From positions 496,001-560,000 of the forward strand of contig CAXHJY010000184.1 in assembly GCA_964016885.1 (NCBI GenBank): 64,000 bases of DNA, given 5' to 3'. Positions 42,501 to 54,850 of this stretch are shown here, piece by piece. The notes under the pieces were generated by a model. That model was given only the letters and a program-made list of their open reading frames with translations, made no database searches and was not told the DNA's origin. The translations under genes were made by a program, and so were the position numbers. The first letter of the stretch is position 1. Each line of letters starts with the position of its first letter. This DNA is from Eledone cirrhosa. Taxonomy: Eukaryota.

Positions 42501-44500
42501 TAGTCTTTCCCAATCACTACAGGACTATAGTCTTTCCCAGTCACTACAGGACTATAGTCATTCCCAGTCACTACAGGACTATAGTCTTTCCCAGTCACTA
42601 CAGGACTACATTCTTTCCCAGTCACTACAGGACTATAGTCTTTCCCAATCACTACAGGACTATAGTCTTTCCCAGTCACTACAGGACTATAGTCTTTCCC
42701 AGTCACTACAGGACTATAGTCTTTCCCAATCACTACAGGACTATAGTCTTTCCCAGTCACTACAGGACTATAGTCTTTCCCAGTCACTACAGGACTATAG
42801 TCTTTCCCAGTCACTACAGGACTATAGTCTTTCCGAGTCACTACAGGACTATAGTCTTTCCCAGACACTACAGGACTATAGTCTTTCCCAGTCACTACAG
42901 GACTATAGTCTTTCCCAGTCACTACAGGACTATAGTCTTTCCCAGTCACTACAGGACTATAGTCCTTCCCAGTCGCTACAGGACTATAGTCTTTCCCAAT
43001 CACTACAGGACTATAGTCGTTCCCAGTCACTACAGGACTATAGTCTTTCCCAATCACTACAGGACTATAGTCTTTCCCAGTCACTACAGGACTACATTCT
43101 TTCCCGGTCACTACAGGACTATAGTCCTTCCCAGTCACTACAGGACTATAGTCTTTCCCAATCACCACAGGACTATAGTCTTTCCCAGTCACTACAGGAC
43201 TATAGTCTTTCCCAATCACTACAGGACTATAGTATTTCCCAGTCACTACAGGACTATAGTCTTTCCCAGTCACTACAGGACTATAGTCTTTCCCAGTCAC
43301 TACAGGACTATAGTCTTTCCCAGTCACTACAGGACTATAGTCTTTTCCAATCACTACAGGACTACATTCTTTCCCAGTCACTACAGGACTATAGTCTTTC
43401 CCAGTCACTACAGGACTATAGTCTTTCCCAGTCACTACAGGACTATAGTCTTTCCCAGTCACTACAGGACTATAGTCTTTTCCAATCACTACAGGACTAC
43501 ATTCTTTCCCAGTCACTACAGGACTATAGTCTTTCCCAGTCACTACAGGACTATAGTCTTTCCCAGTCACTACAGGACTATAGTCTTTCCCAGTCACTAC
43601 AGGACTATAGTTTTTCCCAGTCACTACAGGACTATAGTCTTTCCCAATCACTACAGGACTATAGTCTTTCCCAATCACTACAAGACTATAGTCTTTCCCA
43701 GTCACTACAGGACTATAGTCTTTCCCAATCACTACAGGACTATAGTCTTTCCCAATCACTACAGGACTATAGTCTTTCCCAGTCACTACAGGACTATAGT
43801 CTTTCCCAGTCACTACAGGACTATAGTCTTTCCCAGTCACTACAGGACTATAGTCTTTCCCAGTCACTACAAGACTATAGTCTTTCCCAATCACTACAGG
43901 ACTATAGTCTTTCCCAATCACTACAGGACTATAGTCTTTCCCAGTCACTACAGGACTATAGTCTTTCCCAGTCACTACAGGACTATAGTCTTTCCCAGTC
44001 ACTACAGGACTATAGTCTTTCCCAATCACTACAGGACTATAGTCTTTCCCAGTCACTACAGGACTACATTCTTTCCCAGTCACTACAGGACTATAGTCTT
44101 TCCCAGTCACTACAGGACTATAGTCTTTCCCAGTCACTACAGGACTATAGACTTTCCCAATCACTACAAGACTATAGTCTTTCCCAGTCACTACAGGACT
44201 ATAGTCTTTCCCAGTCACTACAGGACTATAGTCTTTCCCAGTCACTACAGGACTATAGTCTTTCCCAGTCACTACAGGACTATAGTCTTTCCCAGTCACT
44301 ACAGGACTATAGTCTTTCCCAGTCACTACAGGACTATAGTCTTTCCCAGTCACTACAGGACTATAGTATTTCCCAGTCACTACAGGACTATAGTCTTTCC
44401 CAGTCACTACAGGACTATAGTCTTTCCCAGTCACTACAGGGCTATAGTCTTTCCCAGTCACTACAGGACTACAGTCTTTCCCAGTCACTACAGGACTATA
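33557..44500. repeat. Block family with nested periods 2488, 2052 and 6106 bp
   Basis: The CCCGGT variant is at 34512, 37000, 38566, 39052, 40618 and 43106, giving offsets 2488 (34512/37000), 2052 (37000/39052, 38566/40618) and 6106 (34512/40618, 37000/43106). TTCGCAG at 38429/40481 also gives 2052. Confidence 0.88.
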
Positions 44501-47500
44501 GTCTTTCCCAGTCACTACAGGACTATAGTCTTTCGCAGTCACTACAGGACTATAGTCTTTCCCAATCACTACAGGACTATAGTCTTTCCCAATCACTACA
44601 GGACTATAGTCTTTCCCAGTCACTGCAGGACTATAGTCTTTCCCAATCACTACAGGACTATAGTCTTTCCCAATCACTACAGGACTATAGTCTTTCCCAG
44701 TCACTACAAGACTATAGTCTTTCCCAATCACTACAGGACTATAGTCTTTCCCAATCACTACAGGACTATAGTCTTTCCCAGTCACTACAGGACTATAGTC
44801 TTTCCCAGTCACTACAGGACTATAGTATTTCCCAGTCACTACAGGACTATAGTCTTTCCCAGTCACTACAGGACTATAGTCTTTCCCAGTCACTACAGGG
44901 CTATAGTCTTTCCCAGTCACTACATGACTACAGACTTTCCCAGTCACTACAGGACTATAGTCTTTCCCAGTCACTACAGGACTATAGTCTTTCCCAGTCA
45001 CTACAGGACTATAGTCTTTCCCAATCACTACAGGACTATAGTCTTTCCCAGTCACTACAGGACTATAGTCTTTCCCAGTCACTACAAGACTATAGTCTTT
45101 CCCAGTCACTACAGGATTATAGTCTTTCCCAATCACTACAGGACTATAGTCTTTCCCAGTCACTACAGGACTATAGTCTTTCCCAGTCACTACAGGACTA
45201 TAGTCTTTCCCAATCACTACAGGACTATAGTCTTTCCCAGTCACTACAGGACTATAGTCTTTCCCAGTCACTACAGGACTATAGTCTTTCCCAGTCACTA
45301 CAGGACTATAGTCTTTCCCAGTCACTACAGGACTATAGTCTTTCCCAGTCACTACAGGACTATAGTCTTTCCGAATCACTACAGGACTATAGTCTTTCCC
45401 AGTCACTACAGGACTATAGTCTTTCCCAGTCACTACAAGACTATAGTCTTTCCCAGTCACTACAGGACTATAGTCTTTCCCAATCTCTACAGGACTATAG
45501 TCTTTCCCAGTCACTACAGGACTATAGTCTTTCCCAGTCACTACAGGACTATAGTCTTTCCCAGTCACTACAGGACTATAGTCTTTCCCAGTCACTACAG
45601 GACTATAGTCTTTCCCAGTCACTACAGGACTATAGTCTTTCCCAGTCACTACAAGACTATAGTCTTTCCCAATCACTACAGGACTATAGTCTTTCCCAAT
45701 CACTACAGGACTATAGTCTTTCCCAATCACTACAGGACTATAGTCTTTCCCAGTCACTACAGGACTATAGTCTTTCCCAGTCACTACAGGACTATAGTCT
45801 TTCCCAGTCACTACAAGACTATAGTCTTTCCCAATCACTACAGGACTATAGTCTTTCCCAGTCACTACAGGACTATAGTCTTTCCCAGTCACTACAAGAC
45901 TATAGTCTTTCCCAATCACTACAGGACTATAGTCTTTCCCAATCACTACAGGACTATAGTCTTTCCCAGTCACTACAGGACTATAGTCTTTCCCAGTCAC
46001 TACAGGACTATAGTATTTCCCAGTCACTACAGGACTATAGTCTTTCCCAGTCACTACAGGACTATAGTCTTTCCCAGTCACTACAGGGCTATAGTCTTTC
46101 CCAGTCACTACATGACTACAGACTTTACCAGTCACTACAGGACTATAGTCTTTCCCAGTCACTACAGGACTATAGTCTTTCCCAGTCACTACAGGACTAT
46201 AGTCTTTCCCAATCACTACAGGACTATAGTCTTTCCCAGTCACTACAGGCTATAGTCTTTCCCAGTCACTACAAGACTATAGTCTTTCCCAGTCACTACA
46301 GGATTATAGTCTTTCCCAATCACTACAGGACTATAGTCTTTCCCAGTCACTACAGGACTATAGTCTTTCCCAGTCACTACAGGACTATAGTCTTTCCCAA
46401 TCACTACAGGACTATAGTCTTTCCCAATCACTACAGGACTATAGTCTTTCCCAGTCACTACAGGACTATAGTCTTTCCCAATCACTACAGGACTATAGTC
46501 TTTCCCAGTCACTACAGGACTATAGTCTTTCCCAATCACTACAGGACTATAGTCTTTCCCAGTCACTACAGGACTACATTCTTTCACAGTTACTACAGGA
46601 CTATAGTCTTTCCCAGTCACTACAGGACTATAGACTTTCCCAATCACTACAAGACTATAGTCTTTCCCAGTCACTACAGGACTATAGTATTTCCCAGTCA
46701 CTACAGGACTATAGTCTTTCCCAGTCACTACAGGACTATAGTCTTTCCCAGTCACTACAGGACTATAGTCTTTCCCAGTCACTACAGGACTATAGTCTTT
46801 CCCAGTCACTACAGGACTATAGTCTTTCCCAGTCACTACAGGACTATAGTCTTTCCCAGTCACTACAAGACTATAGTCTTTCCCAATCACTACAGGACTA
46901 TAGTCTTTCCCAATCACTACAGGACTATAGTCTTTCCCAATCACTACAGGACTATAGTCTTTCCCAGTCACTACAGGACTATAGTCTTTCCCAGTCACTA
47001 CAGGACTATAGTCTTTCCCAGTCACTACAAGACTATAGTCTTTCCCAATCACTACAGGACTATAGTCTTTCCCAGTCACTACAGGACTATAGTCTTTCCC
47101 AATCACTACAGGACTATAGTCTTTCCCAGTCACTACAGGACTATAGACTTTCCCAATCACTACAAGACTATAGTCTTTCCCAGTCACTACAGGACTATAG
47201 TTTTTCCCAGTCACTACAGGACTATAGTCTTTCCCAATCACTACAGGACTATAGTCTTTCCCAATCACTACAGGACTATAGTCTTTCCAAGTCACTACAG
47301 GACTATAGTCTTTCCCAGTCACTACAGGACTATAGTCTTTCCCAGTCACTACAGGACTATAGTCTTTCCCAATCACTACAGGACTATAGTCTTTCCCAGT
47401 CACTACAGGACTATTGTCTTTCCCAGTCACTACAGGACTATAGTCTTTCCCAGTCACTACAGGACTATAGTCTTTCCCAGTCACTACAGGACTATAGTCT

Positions 47501-48930
47501 TTCCCAGTCACTACAGGACTATAGTCTTTCCCAATCACTACAGGACTATAGTCTTTCTCAGTCACTACAGGACTATAGTCTTTCCCAGTCACTACAGGAC
47601 TATAGTCTTTCCCAGTCACTACAGGACTATAGTCCTTCCCAGTCACTACAGGACTATAATCTTTCCCAATCACTACAGGACTATAGTCTTTCCCAGTCAC
47701 TACAGGACTATAGTCTTTCCCAGTCACTACAGGACTATAGTCTTTCCCAGTCACTACAGGACTATAGTCTTTCCCAATCACTACAAGACTATAGTCTTTC
47801 CGAGTCACTACAGGACTATAGTCTTTCCCAATCACTACAAGACGATAGTCTTTCCCAGTCACTACAGGACTATAGTCTTTACCAGTCACTACAAGACGAT
47901 AGTCTTTCCCAATCACTACAGGACTATAGTCTTTCCCAGTCACTACAGGACTATAGTCTCTCCCAGTCACTACAGGACTATAGTCTTTCCCAGTCACTAC
48001 AGGACTATAGTCTTTCCCAATCACTACAGGACTATAGTCTTTCCCAATCACTACAGGACTATAGTCTTTCCCAGTCACTACAGGACTATAGTCTTTCCCA
48101 ATCACTACAGGACTATAGTCTTTCCCAGTCACTACAGGACTATAGTCTTTCCCAATCACTACAGGACTATAGTCTTTCCCAGTCACTACGGAGACTATAG
48201 TCTTTCCCAATCACCACAGGACTATAGTCTTTCCCAATCACTACAAGACTGTAGTCTTTCCCAGTCACTACAGGACTATAGTCTTTCCCAATCACTACAG
48301 GACTATAGTCTTTCCCAGTCACTACAGGACTATAGTCTTTCCCAGTCACTACAGGACTATAGTCTTTCCCAGTCACTACAGGACTATAGTCTTTCCCAAT
48401 CACTACAGGACTATAGTCTTTCCCAGTCACTACAGGACTATAGTCTTTCCCAGTCACTACAGGACTATAGTTTTTCCCAGTCACTACAGGACTATAGTCT
48501 TTCCCAATCACTACAGGACTATAGTCTTTCCCAATCACTACAGGACTATAGTCTTTCCCAATCACTACAAGACTATAGTCTTTCCCAGTCACTACAGGAC
48601 TATAGTCTTTCCCAATCACTACAGGACTATAGTCTTTCCCAGTCACTACAGGACTATAGTCTTTCCCAGTCACTACAGGACTATAGTCTTTCCCAGTCAC
48701 TACAGGACTACATTCTTTCCCAGTCACTACAGGACTATAGTCTTTCCCAATCACTACAGGACTATAGTCTTTCCCAGTCACTACAGGACTATAGTCTTTC
48801 CCAGTCACTACAGGACTATAGTCTTTCCCAATCACTACAGGAGTATAGTCTTTCCCAGTCACTACAGGACTATTGTCTTTCCCAGTCACTACAGGACTAT
48901 AGTCTTTCCCAGTCACTACAGGACTATAGT
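42151..48930. repeat. Copy 1 of a segmental duplication of about 6.8 kb within the array (partner about 54339-61090)
   Basis: Ordered shared variants at an offset of about 12.2 kb: landmark 42151/54339, TTCGCAG 44535/56777, ATG-type monomers 44924/57166 and 46112/58354, TTCCAAG about 47289/59505, CTGTAG 48251/60412, GGAGTAT about 48841/61002. Confidence 0.9.
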
Positions 48931-51900
48931 CTTTCCAGAGTCACTACAGGACTATAGTCTTTCCCAGTCACTACAGGACTATAGTCTTTCTCAGTCACTA
49001 CAGGACTATAGTCTTTCCCAGTCACTACAGGACTATAGTCTTTCCCAGTCACTACAGGACTATAGTCCTTCCCAGTCACTACAGGACTATAGTCTTTCCC
49101 AATCACTACAGGACTATAGTCTTTCCCAGTCACTACAAGACTATAGTCTTTCCGAGTCACTACAGGACTATAGTCTTTCCCAATCACTACAAGACGATAG
49201 TCTTTCCCAGTCACTACAGGACTATAGTCTTTACCAGTCACTACAAGACGATAGTCTTTCCCAATCACTACAGGACTATAGTCTTTCCCAGTCACTACAG
49301 GACTATAGTCTCTCCCAGTCACTACAGGACTATAGTCTTTCCCAGTCACTACAGGACTATAGTCTTTCCCAATCACTACAGGACTATAGTCTTTCCCAAT
49401 CACTACAGGACTATAGTCTTTCCCAGTCACTACAGGACTATAGTCTTTCCCAATCACTACAGGACTATAGTCTTTCCCAGTCACTACAGGACTATAGTCT
49501 TTCCCAATCACTACAGGACTATAGTCTTTCCCAGTCACTACAGGACTATAGTCTTTCCCAATCACCACAGGACTATAGTCTTTCCCAATCACTACAAGAC
49601 TGTAGTCTTTCCCAGTCACTACAGGACTATAGTCTTTCCCAATCACTACAGGACTATAGTCTTTCCCAGTCACTACAGGACTATAGTCTTTCCCAGTCAC
49701 TACAGGACTATAGTCTTTCCCAGTCACTACAGGACTATAGTCTTTCCCAATCACTACAGGACTATAGTCTTTCCCAGTCACTACAGGACTATAGTCTTTC
49801 CCAGTCACTACAGGACTATAGTTTTTCCCAGTCACTACAGGACTATAGTCTTTCCCAATCACTACAGGACTATAGTCTTTCCCAATCACTACAGGACTAT
49901 AGTCTTTCCCAATCACTACAAGACTATAGTCTTTCCCAGTCACTACAGGACTATAGTCTTTCCCAATCACTACAGGACTATAGTCTTTCCCAGTCACTAC
50001 AGGACTATAGTCTTTCCCAGTCACTACAGGACTATAGTCTTTCCCAGTCACTACAGGACTACATTCTTTCCCAGTCACTACAGGACTATAGTCTTTCCCA
50101 ATCACTACAGGACTATAGTCTTTCCCAGTCACTACAGGACTATAGTCTTTCCCAGTCACTACAGGACTATAGTCTTTCCCAATCACTACAGGAGTATAGT
50201 CTTTCCCAGTCACTACAGGACTATTGTCTTTCCCAGTCACTACAGGACTATAGTCTTTCCCAGTCACTACAGGACTATAGTCTTTCCAGAGTCACTACAG
50301 GACTATAGTCTTTCCCAGTCACTACAGGACTATAGTCTTTCTCAGTCACTACAGGACTATAGTCTTTCCCAGTCACTACAGGACTATAGTCTTTCCCAGT
50401 CACTACAGGACTATAGTCCTTCCCAGTCACTACAGGACTATAGTCTTTCCCAATCACTACAGGACTATAGTCTTTCCCAGTCACTACAGGACTATAGTCT
50501 TTCCCAGTCACTACAGGACTATAGTCTTTCCTAATCACTACAAGACTATAGTCTTTCCCAGTCACTACAGGACTATAGTCTTTCCCAGTCACTACAAGAC
50601 TATAGTCTTTCCCAATCACTACAGGACTATAGTCTTTCCCAGTCACTACAGGACTATAGTCTCTCCCAGTCACTACAGGACTATAGTCTTTCCCAGTCAC
50701 TACAGGACTATAGTCTTTCCCAATCACTACAGGACTATAGTCTTTCCCAATCACTACAGGACTATAGTCTTTCCCAGTCACTACAGGACTATAGTCTTTC
50801 CCAATCACTACAGGACTATAGTCTTTCCCAGTCACTACAGGACTATAGTCTTTCCCAATCACTACAGGACTATAGTCTTTCCCAGTCACTACAGGACTAT
50901 AGTCTTTCCCAATCACCACAGGACTATAGTCTTTCCCAATCACTACAAGACTGTAGTCTTTCCCAGTCACTACAGGACTATAGTCTTTCCCAATCACTAC
51001 AGGACTATAGTCTTTCCCAGTCACTACAGGACTATAGTCTCTCCCAGTCACTACAGGACTATAGTCTTTCCCAGTCACTACAGGACTATAGTCTTTCCCA
51101 GTCACTACAGGACTATAGTCTTTCCCAGTCACTACAGGGCTATAGTCTTTCCCAGTCACTACAGGACTATAGTCTTTCCCAATCACTACAGGACTATATT
51201 CTTTCCCAGTCACTACAGGACTATAGTCTTTCCCAGTCACTACAGGACTATAGTCTTTCCCAGTCACTACAGGACTATAGTCTTTCCCAGTCACTACAGG
51301 ACTATAGTCTTTCCCAATCACTACAGGACTATAGTCTTTCCCAGTCACTACAGGACTACATTCTTTCCCAGTCACTACAGGACTATAGTCTTTCCCAATC
51401 ACTACAGGACTATAGTCTTTCCCAGTCACTACAGGACTACATTCTTTCCCAGTCACTACAGGACTATAGACTTTCCCAGTCACTACAGGACTATAGTCTT
51501 TCCCAGTCACTACAGGACTATAGTCTTTCCCAGTCACTACAGGACTATAGTCTTTCCCAATCACTACAGGAATATAGTCTTTCCCAGTCACTACAGGACT
51601 ACATTCTTTCCCAGTCACTACAGGACTATAGTCTTTCCCAATCACCACAGGACTATAGTCTTTCCCAGTCACTACAGGACTATAGTCTTTCCCAATCACT
51701 ACAGGACTATAGTCTTTCCCAGTCACTACAAGACTATAGTCTTTCCTAGTCACTACAAGACTATAGTCTTGCCCAGTCAGTCACTACAGGACTATAGTCT
51801 TTTCCAGTCACTACAGGACTATAGTCTTTCCCAGTCACTACAGGACTATAGTCTTTCCCAGTCACTACAGGACTATAGTCTTTCCCAGTCACTACAAGAC

Positions 51901-54850
51901 TATAGTCTTTCCCAGTCACTACAGGACTATAGTCTTTCCCAATCACTACAGGACTACATTCTTTCCCAGTCACTACAGGACTATAGTCTTTCCCAGTGAC
52001 TACAGGACTATAGTCTTTCCCAGTCACTACAGGACTATAGTCTTTCCCAGTCACTACAGGACTATAGTTTTTCCCAGTCACTACAGGACTATAGTCTTTC
52101 CCAATCACTACAGGACTATAGTCTTTCCCAATCACTACAGGACTATAGTCTTTCCCAATCACTACAGGACTATAGTCTTTCCCAGTCACTACAGGACTAT
52201 AGTCATTCCCAGTCACTACAGGACTATAGTCTTTCCCAGTCACTACAGGACTACATTCTTTCCCAGTCACTACAGGACTATAGTCTTTCCCAATCACTAC
52301 AGGACTATAGTCTTTCCCAATCACTACAGGACTATAGTCTTTCCCAGTCACTACAGGACTATAGTCTTTCCCAGTCACTACAGGACTATAGTTTTTCCCA
52401 GTCACTACAGGACTATAGTCTTTCCCAATCACTACAGGACTATAGTCTTTCCCAATCACTACAGGACTATAGTCTTTCCCAATCACTACAAGACTATAGT
52501 CTTTCCCAGTCACTACAGGACTATAGTCTTTCCCAATCACTACAGGACTATAGTCTTTCCCAGTCACTACAGGACTATAGTCTTTCCCAGTCACTACAGG
52601 ACTATAGTCTTTCCCAGTCACTACAGGACTACATTCTTTCCCAGTCACTACAGGACTATAGTCTTTCCCAATCACTACAGGACTATAGTCTTTCCCAGTC
52701 ACTACAGGACTATAGTCTTTCCCAGTCACTACAGGACTATAGTCTTTCCCAATCACTACAGGAGTATAGTCTTTCCCAGTCACTACAGGACTATTGTCTT
52801 TCCCAGTCACTACAGGACTATAGTCTTTCCCAGTCACTACAGGACTATAGTCTTTCCAGAGTCACTACAGGACTATAGTCTTTCCCAGTCACTACAGGAC
52901 TATAGTCTTTCTCAGTCACTACAGGACTATAGTCTTTCCCAGTCACTACAGGACTATAGTCTTTCCCAGTCACTACAGGACTATAGTCCTTCCCAGTCAC
53001 TACAGGACTATAGTCTTTCCCAATCACTACAGGACTATAGTCTTTCCCAGTCACTACAGGACTATAGTCTTTCCCAGTCACTACAGGACTATAGTCTTTC
53101 CTAATCACTACAAGACTATAGTCTTTCCCAGTCACTACAGGACTATAGTCTTTCCCAGTCACTACAAGACTATAGTCTTTCCCAATCACTACAGGACTAT
53201 AGTCTTTCCCAGTCACTACAGGACTATAGTCTCTCCCAGTCACTACAGGACTATAGTCTTTCCCAGTCACTACAGGACTATAGTCTTTCCCAATCACTAC
53301 AGGACTATAGTCTTTCCCAATCACTACAGGACTATAGTCTTTCCCAGTCACTACAGGACTATAGTCTTTCCCAATCACTACAGGACTATAGTCTTTCCCA
53401 GTCACTACAGGACTATAGTCTTTCCCAATCACTACAGGACTATAGTCTTTCCCAGTCACTACAGGACTATAGTCTTTCCCAATCACCACAGGACTATAGT
53501 CTTTCCCAATCACTACAAGACTGTAGTCTTTCCCAGTCACTACAGGACTATAGTCTTTCCCAATCACTACAGGACTATAGTCTTTCCCAGTCACTACAGG
53601 ACTATAGTCTCTCCCAGTCACTACAGGACTATAGTCTTTCCCAGTCACTACAGGACTATAGTCTTTCCCAGTCACTACAGGACTATAGTCTTTCCCAGTC
53701 ACTACAGGGCTATAGTCTTTCCCAGTCACTACAGGACTATAGTCTTTCCCAATCACTACAGGACTATATTCTTTCCCAGTCACTACAGGACTATAGTCTT
53801 TCCCAGTCACTACAGGACTATAGTCTTTCCCAGTCACTACAGGACTATAGTCTTTCCCAGTCACTACAGGACTATAGTCTTTCCCAATCACTACAGGACT
53901 ATAGTCTTTCCCAGTCACTACAGGACTACATTCTTTCCCAGTCACTACAGGACTATAGTCTTTCCCAATCACTACAGGACTATAGTCTTTCCCAGTCACT
54001 ACAGGACTACATTCTTTCCCAGTCACTACAGGACTATAGACTTTCCCAGTCACTACAGGACTATAGTCTTTCCCAGTCACTACAGGACTATAGTCTTTCC
54101 CAGTCACTACAGGACTATAGTCTTTCCCAATCACTACAGGACTATAGTCTTTCCCAGTCACTACAGGACTACATTCTTTCCCAGTCACTACAGGACTATA
54201 GTCTTTCCCAATCACCACAGGACTATAGTCTTTCCCAGTCACTACAGGACTATAGTCTTTCCCAATCACTACAGGACTATAGTCTTTCCCAGTCACTACA
54301 AGACTATAGTCTTTCCTAGTCACTACAAGACTATAGTCTTGCCCAGTCAGTCACTACAGGACTATAGTCTTTTCCAGTCACTACAGGACTATAGTCTTTC
54401 CCAGTCACTACAGGACTATAGTCTTTCCCAGTCACTACAGGACTATAGTCTTTCCCAGTCACTACAAGACTATAGTCTTTCCCAGTCACTACAGGACTAT
54501 AGTCTTTCCCAATCACTACAGGACTACATTCTTTCCCAGTCACTACAGGACTATAGTCTTTCCCAGTGACTACAGGACTATAGTCTTTCCCAGTCACTAC
54601 AGGACTATAGTCTTTCCCAGTCACTACAGGACTATAGTTTTTCCCAGTCACTACAGGACTATAGTCTTTCCCAATCACTACAGGACTATAGTCTTTCCCA
54701 ATCACTACAGGACTATAGTCTTTCCCAATCACTACAGGACTATAGTCTTTCCCAGTCACTACAGGACTATAGTCATTCCCAGTCACTACAGGACTATAGT
54801 CTTTCCCAGTCACTACAGGACTACATTCTTTCCCAGTCACTACAGGACTA
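47590..54850. repeat. Nested 1351-bp and 2570-bp tandem duplications marked by a 28-bp TTCCAGAGTC monomer, boundaries approximate
   Basis: CTGTAG is at 48251, 49602 and 50953 (step 1351 = 50x27+1) and at 53523 (step 2570 = 95x27+5). The TTCCAGAG monomer is at about 48935, 50286 and 52856. ORFs 50275..51753 and 52845..54323 are both 492 aa. Confidence 0.9.
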
